DNA of 64,000 nt from Carcharhinus amblyrhynchos (Eukaryota), in contig OZ336889.1 in the NCBI GenBank assembly GCA_965287045.1, positions 16,244,001 to 16,308,000 of the forward strand, given 5' to 3'. Under the pieces are notes generated by a model. That model was given only the letters and a program-made list of their open reading frames with translations, ran no database searches and was not told the origin of the DNA. The position numbers and the translations under genes are program-made. Positions 52,708-64,000 of this stretch are shown piece after piece (position 1 is the stretch's first letter; every line of letters begins with the position of its first letter).

Positions 52708-54567
52708 CTGTCGAACGATGGGAAACAGGATTTCAGTAAGTACTTAAAAAGGAACTATTTACGTAAGACCTTTAATGTAACAAAACACTCCAAAGACTTT
52801 ATAATTAGGGTATGGAGACGATGTGGAGGTAGTTGTTAAAAGGTGATCATGAATAATTAGGTGAGCTTTTGAAGTGAGTGTTCCTGCACATGGAAATGGG
52901 ATGGCCGTCACTGACCAAAGAGTGCAATGAAAAGACTGAGTAAAGTAGGATGTGGACAGCATTCTTGGAAGAGCTGAATTTTGTATTGAGTTCAATAGTT
53001 ATGGCCAGTGAAGAGGACACTGGGAATTTTGAATCTGAGGATAACAAGTGGCATAAGAGATGGATGAAAATTTTAGCAGAAGTGAATACTGGTGTAGGAA
53101 AATTAAGTAATTTTGTGCAAATGGAAATAGAAGTGTTGGTGATGAAGTCTGAAGGATCTGAAGCTTTTTGAAGTTGAATATGTTGCTTAGGCTTGCAGGA
53201 AGAGAATGGAATCGGTTCTGAGCCATAGTGCTTCTACAGATGGCCCAAGACGATAGGGATTTAGGATTGCTAATGTTGAGCTGCAAGTATTGTCCAACTT
53301 TAAGCCAACTTGCCAGCACATCAACCACGGCAGAAAATTGTCAAGAAATGAAACTGGACATCACTGACTGATAAACCCAAACAAAATCTGAATACCAATG
53401 ATGTTGCTGAGGACAATTTAAAGATAAATGACAGGAAAGATCCAAGAATTGAAAATACGCACATCAGAAGTGAACATGAAAACATGGAAGACTTGTTGTC
53501 ACAAATGAAAACACTTTTACCTCAACTCTAGCACCCTGCACCTCCAAAAACACCATGGCCTTGATCCTATCTCCTCCTTCTATGCCTACAGACTCTCAAC
53601 AGAATCATGTTGAAGCTGCTCAACGCTGAGCTGATCTTCAAAAGTTCCATAGATTTCGTTAGTTTCCACCAACAAGACAACTGACACTTGTGCCAATGTA
53701 TAATTAAGATTGATGGTATCTTTTCAGTGCAACTGGCATTTAATAAACTGAAAACCAAAACTGAGGATTCCAGCTTACAAAATCCTAAAATATAAAACGA
53801 ACATCAAGTCCATTCTAAAATCAGCAGTCAGAAGTACTGGAGCTCATCGTGGACAAACTTAAGCTGGAGCAGGCAAGATGCAAGAAAATGCCATACATGG
53901 TTCCAAGGCCATGACAAAAGAATAAAGATATCACCAGAAACTTAATTATCCACCTTAAAACAATGCTCACATAGAAGGGCAGAAACTATAATTAAAATCC
54001 TTCTATACTTGGTCCAACCTGGTGAGTGTTCTTGCTTGAACTTCTTTGATTACCCAATCAACTGTCCATCACACTTACACATGATCTACATTTTCTCCCA
54101 TTTTAAAAATATTAGAGATACTACAAAAATGCAAAATTACAGGAGCCAGACATTTGTTTGTTTCCTAATTCAAAGTTAATAACAGGGAGTGCATTGATAC
54201 ATTCACTTGAACATGCAGATTACTGTCTATACTGGTGGATTAATGACCCAAAATTTACGAAATATCAATTAGGTACTCAAACCAATTACTAATGATTTTG
54301 GCAAAACTAAAACATACCATCATTGAATTAAAAACATTTTTGCAGATAATCAAATTTCACATTCAGCCTTTTACTGCACTTCCTCATCGTATAGCACTTC
54401 CCTGAGCTTGTTGTAGAAAAGCCTGTTAGTTACTAGTATGAGGGTCCATAACAACCATCGCCAACTAGCTCAAAGTATCAATAACATTAAAAATGTGGAA
54501 AACAAAGTTAGAATTCTTGCTTCCAATTAAATTCTAGGCTTATGAGCATATTTTTTGTTTTACTTAC

Positions 54568-54703
54568 TTTTTCTGCTGTGGTGGTCCAGATCTGGGCAGT
54601 GCTGAACTCAGGAGCCATCAGCAAGTTGTGCAGCAGGGCAATCACCTCTGCTGCCATGCTGTTTGCCACATGGCCGCTAATGAATGGTCGGATTGGGTCA
54701 GTT
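54568..54703 (-). CDS. HECTD4: HECTD4 exon (TDPIRPFISGHVANSM...TAEK)
   Basis: tgcag| acceptor, |gtaag donor. Confidence 0.92.
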
Positions 54704-55029
54704 CTGCAGGTAGTCAAAAAAAATCAAAAGGGAAACATTCAGAACTCAAGTCATAATCCAATTTCAAAATTGTTCTGGAAAAGAAAAAATGCCCTCAAAT
54801 TTCCTTTTAGTAATTTGTCTATTGTTTCAACTCTAATCAAATTCACAAATAAAGAATATATAGAGAGCTACAGAAATAAGTGTGCAATGACCAAGTTGTT
54901 CTGTTCTGTCTGAGACCCTCAACCACACAATACCTTAAAGCATCAAAATATAAAGAGAAAAAAATGGAAGCATGCAGAAGATGAAGCAAGATTTGTGCAC
55001 AGAGAATCAGAGATAAAATTTCAAGTTAA

Positions 55030-55650
55030 TTAAATCAGAAAATGCTGGAAAAACTCAGTCCTGGCTTGACGGTGTGATCATGGTCTAGGGGAGGTATGAG
55101 GAAGTGTCTGAGAAAGTGTCTCAGAGTTGGCGGAGATAGAGGTCAGTATTTCAAAATGGCACCACCCTTATCAGTGGATTTGATTACAAGGTTGGACCTA
55201 ATTCTTCCGCTTATACATTCCACTAACTTACCTTTATGTCACTATCATGACCTTCCTTAGCCATTGACACTTCCAGTAAAGCTTCTTCTGTCTTGTGCCC
55301 TACACATTTTTGTTGCATATGCTCCTAGCTCCCACCTATCAGTGACCTTCCACTCTGCTCCACCTGTTCTTGTACAGTATATGATACACCACATTTCTAC
55401 CTCTCTTCAGCTCTGACATCATAGGGACTTGAAACTTTAACTCTGATTCTTTCTCCACAGATGCCGCCAGATCTGATAGTTTTTCCAGCATTTTGTTTTT
55501 ATTTCAGATTTCTATTAGCTGCAGTATTTTGCTAAAATTTCAGGTTGATGACTTTTCATTGACCTGAAGTGTTAACAGTATCTCTCTCCACATTTGTTGT
55601 CTGATCTATTGGGTATTTAAAGCATTTTATTTTTATTTCAGATTTCCAGT
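55030..55650 (+). mobile_element. Second Penelope-like family remnant (inverted 5' piece plus decayed pLTR ends)
   Basis: aaaatgctggaaaaact (~55039-55055) is the rc of agtttttccagcatttt (~55478-55494); decayed ctctgac...gaaactttaactc hammerhead-like region. Confidence 0.5.
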
Positions 55651-56075
55651 CTTAGTAATATTTTACTCACTTTAGATTATAGAGTCACTGTTGTAACATA
55701 GGAAACCATAACAATTTAGATTAACAATACAAGGGTGGATGACTAAATTTTAATCTTTATTATAACTCAGCAAATTAATTCTCAGGAACTTAGAAATTGT
55801 ATACTTTGTTCCATCCCTCAGCTTCCTCTTCTACCTCAAAGCAACTGGTCTTTGATCTACCTTTGCCATCTGATCACTAATTTAACTTTAGCGCCTCTAC
55901 AATCTTGTCTGTGTTCTGTATTCCAGATCTTAGTCCTGTAACTAGCTTCACAATTAAAAAAAAAATGATATTCTTCAATAGCAGAGCTTGAACAGTTTAA
56001 TTCTCACCCACACTAGAAGGGCACACTCCCTCATTATCTGGTCTTACTTCTCCTTTGTCTCTCTCCACCTCATAC

Positions 56076-56278
56076 CTGGCAAGTTCTGCATTTTTTTCTC
56101 TGCAGATGGATGTCTGAGCCGTCTTCTTCTTATCACCAGTTGTCAGTCCACTAGTAGCCTCCTGACTTGTAGCCTCCACTGGTGGTCCCACACTTACAAT
56201 TAGCCCTGACTGCGCCCATTTGGTAGCCTTGCGTAAGGCTGCAGCTGCTTCTTCTGTAATAACTTCACAGTACCCACT
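56076..56278 (-). CDS. HECTD4: HECTD4 exon (SGYCEVITEEAAAALRK...AELAR)
   Basis: tgcag| acceptor, |gtatg donor. Confidence 0.92.
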
Positions 56279-56849
56279 CTGCAAAACAAAAATATAATTA
56301 GTGTGCTCCATCAGGTATATTTTGCCAATGGAATGTTAAATGACTGTTCTACTTCAGTTAAACAAGAAACAGGCATTCCACAGGCAAGCTGAAAGGTTGG
56401 AGTTATTTATAATTTAACGTTGATCCACTTGATTTCTTAACTTTTGTCAAAATAAAAAGGGAAAAGTATTTTGTTGAGTGTTAATGTCCATTTGGGACAG
56501 AATATTCACAATGTTACATTTGGATAGCAATTTGTTTCAGAACAGGAACTTGTATTTTTAATAAATAGAAAATATTTACATCAAAGGAAACTATTTAGCT
56601 TGTTAAAAAGATTTAAACTAGTATTGAAGAACAGTATTTCTTTCAGCACACGACTACTCTGGTCTTATTTGCTTCAGTCCATAGATAAAAGTTAAATTTT
56701 TCTGATGTCAAAGGTTTTGCTGAATGCAAGATGAGTCATGAAGATACTGAAAGACCCATGAGCAATCCCCAGTCCATGCTGAGGATGTTACAATTGTCAG
56801 GGTCTTTTACAATTCTCTGAACTGGATTTAACTTCTTATAATTCCTTAC

Positions 56850-56931
56850 TTTAGTCATGTCCCGATCCATCTTCACCACTTTCTCCATGTTTGCTCCAGT
56901 GCCCAGTCGGAAAGGACGCCCCTCTGAACTG
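56850..56931 (-). CDS. HECTD4: HECTD4 exon (SSEGRPFRLGTGANMEKVVKMDRDMTK)
   Basis: tgtag|cag tandem acceptor, |gtaag donor. Confidence 0.9.
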
Positions 56932-57219
56932 CTACAAAGGAAAGGGTTGAAATGATGTAAAAGCATAATTGAACATTTTACTCCACAATTGTACTGCATT
57001 TTCAGCTGATATAGACGATTACATGCTATGTTACTCTCTGTACAGCCACAAAAAATCATTCAGCAGATCTTAGGTTGTTCAGGGAGTGATAGAAGGTACC
57101 ACTTTAGCCTAAGTCTAATGTTGGATTGAAATTTCAAGTTAATAACAAAACCTTTTCACATAGCAGTCCTAATTTAATGAACCACTGCCAACAACAGCAG
57201 TGGTAATCACAGAGGGTTA

Positions 57220-57545
57220 TCACAGAATCCTGAAAGTGAAAAAGGAGACCATTAAGCCCATTGTTACACTGAAACAATCCCAACCCAAGCCCTATCCCTA
57301 TAATCCTTTTACCCCACTAATCCCTCTAGCCAACATATCCTGGGGCACTAAGAGGCAACTTAGCATGTCCAATCAACCTAATCTGCACATCTTTGGACTG
57401 TGGGAGAAAACCAGAGAACCTGGAGAAAACACAGCAGACACAGGGAGAATGTGCTAACGCCGTACAGACAGTGACCCCAGCAGGGAATCGAACCCGGGTC
57501 CCTGGAGCTGTGAGGCAGCAGTGCTAGCTACGGTGCCATCGTGTT
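57220..57545 (-). mobile_element. HE1-like tRNA-derived SINE, near full length
   Basis: B box GGTTCGATTCC (rc of ggaatcgaacc), central block and CR1-like tail. Confidence 0.85.
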
Positions 57546-58007
57546 GCTATACACAAAATCTGAATGATTTAAAGGAGGAAGCTCCCAGATTCAATTAATG
57601 GCCTTTTGTTACACCTCCACATCTCAGCTCAGGTTGGTCAACTTTATAGTCTCTCATCTATTACGGGGGAAAAAGCAGGGTTGCTACTTCTGTTTCATCC
57701 TGCAAAGTATGCAAGTGTGGATTTTAGTTGATGACATAATGGGCATTCAATTCAAACAAAGATGATATCTCTGCATGGACAGGCTGACAGTGTGTGGATG
57801 GGATTGGAATAGATTGTAATCCTTGCCCCAAACCAATGGCTAAACAGTTTGTTGATATTCCGTGTCCAAGCTTACATGAAATCTGGGGGCATGAAACCTG
57901 CAGGGTAAAATGCTTAAGAATAGCTAGTGCTGATGGACATCACCCAATATCCTTTTGGGGAGGAGAAAATAGGTGGTGGAAAAGGAGAACATTACTGCTG
58001 CACCTAC

Positions 58008-58197
58008 CTGAGTAATGGCTGAAGGACTTCATGGGATGACTGATCTTCACGTTTATGTATTAATATCGACAGTTTACCATCTATTGCTTCGCTTTCTTCT
58101 CCACCATCTTTTTCTGTTTTTATTGAGCTCTTTGGGCTGGATTTTGTAAAGGAAGAACCAGCTTCTGATGTGCTGGGAGACAGCACAGTTTGACACC
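58008..58197 (-). CDS. HECTD4: HECTD4 exon (CQTVLSPS...HEVLQPLL)
   Basis: ctcag| acceptor, |gtagg donor. Confidence 0.92.
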
Positions 58198-59382
58198 CTG
58201 AGGACAGAGTGTTAAATGTTCAGCTTCTAAAACAAACAGATTTGGCCAATACTGCTCCATTGTTATGCCAGATTTCCTGAATACTAGACTACTGAAGCTA
58301 TGTGAACACAAGGCAAAAACTTAACTACGTCACTTCCTCATTTTACACTATTCAATTCTAGCACCATCAAAATAATTCTACAAAACTGCAGAGTCAATTT
58401 TTGATATCTCACCAACAGTAATTCCCACTACAAGATTTAACATTTACCTCAATAAACAAACTAGTCTATGATGGTGGCCGCTCGATTTTTACACCATGCC
58501 ATAGCATATTTGGGTTAGTGAAAGAAGAAAACACCATGTCTGCCCCGATCAACAATTTATCAACTGTTGCAGAGTCTTCATGTGTAAATTTGAGCTCAAG
58601 ATCAGATAAGGTTCAGCTGTGATCCCTTGAGGAATAGCTTCCTAATACTAAACTACCAAGACACACAAACAAAGAACAGCCACCATAGAGAGCACTGGAG
58701 GAGCTGATTCCAAAAAAAAACTTATACCAGCAAGACAATGCCCTCAGGAGGAGGAGGACTTAGAGGGAGATCTTGGTTTCAGGTAAGTAGCATCTTTTAG
58801 ATGCCCAGATTCTTCATGTTTATGAATTAAAATACTTGCATAATCATGAGGCTAAAACCACAAAATTAGTTAAAAAAGACACTAATCATGGACTTGTGCC
58901 AGTAATGGTGACAATGATACCACACCAGCTCCAAATACTGTAACCCCTTTTTCTACAGCTCTGCTCTTAATGACAGTGCAGAAATCTCCTGGAGCTCAGC
59001 ACCTGATCTTGCCACAATGTCATCCCAGAGCCAGAAGATCATTGTTGCCTGAAAAGAGTTCTTTCAGTATAAAAATACACACTATGCTCCACATCACCTG
59101 AAAACCAAGAACACACCAGAACCAGTGATTTTCATAGAATAAATAATTTCTTACCATAAAGGGACAGAGTTTGCATATTTTATCGTTATACAAATAACTG
59201 CCTAAATCAAACTGATGACCTTTGAAGTGCAAGAGAAAAATGCTTGCCAAATCAAGGTCAAGGACAAGTAAATAGATTTAAAATGGTTCAAGAGGGGCAA
59301 GGCAGATTATTCATACTTAATGGCAAAAGTTCTCTTCCAATTTAGCTATACATTACTAGTCATTGTCCAGCTAACAACTTAC

Positions 59383-59663
59383 CTGGTACAACATAATCAG
59401 CAAGTTTAGCCAACAGAAGTGATGCAATATTTGAAGCAGGATCACCAGGGTCATCCTGTTCATTGTCCAGGGAAGGTACAGAATAGCTCCATGGAGGCAG
59501 TTCCACATTCCCACAATCTTCCACATTCATGAGAGGTAAGGCAGCACGGCAAAGTTGAAGGATGATGAGTACCAGCTTGGGGGATGGCCGCTGGTCTAAT
59601 AATAACGAAAGGAGCTTTGACACGCAGGCAGGCTGACTGAGGATTGCTTTACCAATTTGACTT
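59383..59663 (-). CDS. HECTD4: HECTD4 exon (SQIGKAILSQPACVSKLL...ADYVVP)
   Basis: atcag| acceptor, |gtaag donor. Confidence 0.92.
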
Positions 59664-60425
59664 CTGATAGGAAGATCAGAGTTAAAATGTATGATTAATT
59701 AACTGCTGAAACTATTTATTTCACTAATTTCCAAAAGTCATATGTGCAAAATATATTCCAGGCAAGATAACTTGGTGCTTAAAAAAAAATCAAGCTAGGT
59801 TGTCAATCACTTCATGTTACTTGACATTTCCACCAATTCAGATGTTTTCCAAACGAAGTTTTAAATATATTGAACGACAAATACAGAAAACATTCTGAAA
59901 AGTGCAGTTCAACACAAAATTAAAATCAGTAACACTGAATTTATCTACTGATGTGCTAGTCACCTGTAGCTTGCACTAAACAATTTTAAAGTTGAAATTC
60001 TGCAAAACTGCATCATGCTAAGCAATGCAGCTCAAGAGGGTCAATTTCACTTCACTCAAAATAGATTTGCATACCGAATTTAATGTAGCCCTCTGCTTGT
60101 GAGCAATCACTGTCCTTAATAGCCAACTTCAAAAAAACAAAGTGGAATAAGAGCACCCCATTTCCTTCAAACAGACAACACGCAACAAAAGGACTGTTCA
60201 GATTATATTAATGTAGTTCAATTCAATGACAGCAGAGCAGGTATATTCAGTGTGCTTCACTCATATACTACATTTCAGTAAAATAAAACTATACTGTACA
60301 CATTATACAAAAAGTAGCCGATGGTTGTAAATCGCTACATGAGATTCACTGAAGTTTCAAACTGTACGTACGTACACCTTACTGAGTGCATCTTTAATCA
60401 ATTGTTTCTCTAAATGTTTCCCTAC

Positions 60426-60579
60426 CTGGAAAGATCATTTAGTAGGCTGAGTACATCCTGCAGTGCATCATTCCCTGCTGCTTGATTCCCACAGCACTCA
60501 GTAGCACGGGCAAGATGATTGGTTAATAGGCTTGATACTTGACGTGCTAACCCAGAATGCACTGCATTTGTTGATACAC
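60426..60579 (-). CDS. HECTD4: HECTD4 exon (VSTNAVHSGLARQV...LNDLSR)
   Basis: accag| acceptor, |gtagg donor. Confidence 0.92.
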
Positions 60580-61510
60580 CTGGTTGGAGAAATGAAGTAC
60601 ATATTAAATGCCCCTTGCACTAACTCCCCAATACATCAGAGTGTATTTGGAGAATGGTCCAACAGGCCAAGCCAAAAGCAAGTTAAAGGCCCACAAAGAT
60701 TAGTTTTGATTTTGAACTGAAGGAAACTCTAAGAAAAATACACAGGTTCAGTTCAGATAATAATATAATAGAAAAACTGAAAGCAAAATAAGCCGACTTT
60801 ACAAAGCTTGATTGGTACTGTATTTGGTGGATATACATTTACTCATGCATATTTAACTATTTAACATATTTGACAGTCTTGCCTGCTTTTCACACAACTG
60901 GGTGATCTCTTGAATAGGGTGCTTCACACTGCCACTGAGCAACATATGGCTTACTGAAAAAATAACCCAATGTTGTTCCACAAGCAACCATTGGGTGGAA
61001 CACTTGAAGCAGCAAAGTACTTCAATGTCAGTTCTTCACTCTAAAGAATAGGATTTTCACAAGGTCCAAATATGACTCAGTAAAAAGATGTTCCAACTGT
61101 TGGAAATAGGTTTAAGTTATAAGCAGCCATTCACATTCAAATGGACAACAACGAACTGGCCTCTACTACAAGGATGTGGTCAACGCCTTATTCCTTTGGT
61201 ACCATTCGGCACTTTGAGGCAGAGCTATCTGAAAGAGATCACTGACTTTTTTTTAAACCAAAAAAACTTCTCATTGAACCTCAACATCCTTTCACAAAAT
61301 TAGCAAGGATCTTCAGGTTTTGTCTTAACTGCCACAAAGCCATGACCCATTGTCTGGGACACAAACCAAGATCAAGTAGCTTGCAAGAAAGGTGACATCA
61401 TTCAGGAACAAATGAATAATGCTCAGTGAGGGTTTTAATAGTTTGAAGGTCATAACAGAGAAAGGGCGGGAGCAGGGACAGACATGGTTACATTTGCGAA
61501 TAATTCTCAC

Positions 61511-61695
61511 CTTCTTCTTTCTCCCACTCTACACAGCGATTAGCCAGTACCTGGAAGGCAGCCCAGGCCATAGTGGCTACCTTCTGCTTCCTTGTCTGTT
61601 TTTCACTGGAGCTACTTTCTCGTTGGCTTGTCAGGCTACAGAGTCTGTCCATGAGCTGCACCAAGCCACTCCGCACCAGACACTTCTCTTCACTC
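61511..61695 (-). CDS. HECTD4: HECTD4 exon (SEEKCLVRSGLVQLMDRL...EWEKEE)
   Basis: tttag| acceptor, |gtgag donor. Confidence 0.92.
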
Positions 61696-62329
61696 CTAAA
61701 TGTGGGGTAACAAAAAGACTTCTAAATATGCAAAACATTACATCAGAACAGAAGTCGTAACAAGTAAAACTCCTTGAACATATGACAAACAGCAGTTTAC
61801 ACTGTCAAAAAATCCTTTTTGTAGTTTCCAAGTTGTTTTCCTGGCTGTGTAAGATGCAATTGCTTGGAACTCAAATTGATAATCATGTCTTTTAAATTCT
61901 ACCACCCAAAAATCTTTCTTCAGAATTATGCACAGTTACATGGCTCCCAATCCCTTCAATTGAGACTATTTAGAGGTCAAAGTAACCAGTGAATGTTGAT
62001 AGACTGCCTCTAGATGTCACAGTATGAAATTGAGGCACTAATGGGTGATTTCACTTTCTCCTCCGTTCCAAAATGACTGGACAGTGACCTGAAATCGGGG
62101 CTTTGGTTGACTTTCCCTGACCCTAGAACAGAGAATAATTGTAGCTCCCATGCCACTAACTCAACTGAGATCAATGAATGCAACACATACTGGCAATCTA
62201 AACAGTTGCATTAAAAAAAATTGGATTTAAAAGTGGTTTTATTAAGATGTAATATTTGGGTTATGTAGCTTGGCAAACTTCAGCTGCATGAGTGCCAGTA
62301 CCATGTTCCTCAAGAAAGCATGCACAGTG

Positions 62330-62720
62330 CGCAATGACATATGCTCAACTGTGCTGGATGACCTACACTGGTTCCCGGTCCAAAATACTTTGAACTTCAA
62401 TTTCTCATTTTCCTGCCCACCCTTTTTCTAAAATCTTCATCAATCCTGAGGTCTTTCCTCTCTCCTATTTCTGCTGTCTCGCATGTCCTTATTGACCCAC
62501 TATGAGTAGTTGTGCTTTTAGCTGCCTAGGATTAAGCTCTTGAATTCCCTCCATTACACTGATTTTAAGATGCCCCTTAAAAACTAGCTCTTAGATGAAG
62601 CTTGTGGTCATGTGTGCTAATATCTCTACATGGCTAAATGTCAATAATTTGGTTATTAGCATTCCTGGAGGGACATTAACATGTTTTACATTAATGGCAC
62701 TTTCCAAATGCAAGTTTTTG
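62330..62720 (+). mobile_element. L2-type LINE 3' fragment
   Basis: ctggatgacctacactggttcccggtc (L.DLHWFPV motif); ends with aatgcaagttttgttgttg. Confidence 0.55.
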
Positions 62721-64000
62721 TTGTTGATAGTCCATGTAATAGCTGATGACTGAATATTCAAAAATTAAAATACAGGTCTTACAAATTACAAATAAAACTA
62801 AATTTGGCAAATACATGAACAGCAGTAATTACATTGCAGAAGTTCCACAGAACAATAATGAGACATTGTTACATTCTGCTGTGCAAGGCAAACTGTACCA
62901 GCTGGTTAGTTCTGGAACCAGTCTATTAATGTCATTAATTGATCATACATATGGATATATGAAACCAAATGATGATGACGCAACAATGTAATAATTAGCC
63001 CAGCCTAGCCAACTCGCATCCTTGGTGAACTGAGCTATGTTAGCACAGGCTAAGAAATAAGCCTTTATTTTCATTTGTATGCTGATGACAAACTACCTCA
63101 CTAACATGTCTCTCAACCTCTTCAAACCTACCTCTTGGAACTAATGTTTGGTCAATAACATCTTATGTAGCTCAGTTTAATATTTTGCTTTATAATGTTC
63201 CGATTGAAGTGCCTTTGAATGTTTTTGAGCCCATCAGTGCAAAGCTGCTGAGGCAACTTTCATCTTGTGTAGCTCAGAAACAATGTCACTTGTTTCCACA
63301 GTAAGAAACTCTGCAAAGCTGGTTAGATTGAAGTTGCACTTTCTGTTTGGGGGGCAGAAGAGAAACACATAAGGTGTGCAGTGTCAAACCAGAATTTCTG
63401 CAATGTTCAGTTTACAAGTTAGCAGGTTGATTCACTTCAAATTCTGAATGTGTCAGCTAAACACAGGTCAATGAAACCCAGGTTTGTTTGATCTGTCTTA
63501 ACATTAATGTTAGTTACCAGTTTCACAACCAGGCTTTTCCCCATTTTACATTTAAACCTTTAATTCCTCAAATTTATATTCTAAATCACATGAATTATGA
63601 ACTTAATATTCTCAATAAAAAGACAGAGCTAGGTGTGGTTAAATACATGTTGAATTTGATGCTGTATTTTTGGATAATGTCAAAGAGCAGCATTGGGACA
63701 AGGAAAGGGGTAGGATAGAGCTTTGGTGAAATGCAAAATTAAAAATAATAGGAAGCAGCTTTCTGAATATCCATATCCACAAAGATGACGCAGCATGCCA
63801 CGTAAATGCAAGAGAGACAAGGCTGGACTGTTTGCAATCATCTTCAGTTAGAAGTGGCGGTGGGTGATCCTTTTTGGTCTCCTGCTGAGGTGAGCATTGA
63901 TAAAGAAGCTACTGCCATGCATTGGATATAGTAAAGATTATGGGCACAGACAATTCCCTGGCTCTAGTGCTGAAGACGTGCTGCAGAAAGAGCCATACCC

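Larger units (their letters stand above)
1996..61695 (-). other. HECTD4: HECTD4 gene, internal portion (35 exons; continues beyond both window edges)
   Basis: Spliced translation of 35 GT-AG exons gives one open, phase-consistent frame of 6812 nt. Peptides such as NHLARATECCGNQAAGNDALQDVL, KPEDMLWFHRALTLL and ESLRLRFALLQSLNNTLETFFLPLVELRQT are recognised from memory as vertebrate HECTD4. Confidence 0.95.

Noticed and set aside
52790-54030. Independent gene from the cluster of short ORFs
   Set aside because: No coherent exon structure; looks like heavily decayed LINE sequence that I cannot classify confidently.
57470-57545. tRNA gene
   Set aside because: The B-box motif belongs to a SINE head; no complete cloverleaf.

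Overview
Eukaryotic genomic DNA, most likely a shark/elasmobranch, judged from HE1-type tRNA SINEs, CR1/HER1 LINEs, DeuSINE fragments and Penelope pLTRs. The whole window lies inside one minus-strand gene, HECTD4 (giant HECT E3 ligase). I mapped 35 internal GT-AG exons (6812 nt, ~2270 codons) from 61695 down to 1996; every junction is phase-consistent, and both termini lie outside the window. The introns hold many decayed transposons (CR1, Rex1, L2, a Vingi/I-group LINE, SINEs, several MITE types, LTR-like pieces). The most striking feature is a ~1.17-kb imperfect palindrome at 32126-33299. Its core is two inverted Penelope-like terminal repeats, each with a minimal hammerhead-ribozyme motif, and its left arm is an inverted copy of ~385 bp of the target-site flank. 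The insertion is bounded by a 14-bp target-site duplication. A tiny sister insertion at 17247-17379 starts at the same element position and has the same ~37-nt unpaired tail. Together they look like fossils of fold-back synthesis during Penelope integration. All family assignments are by eye; no database search was run.
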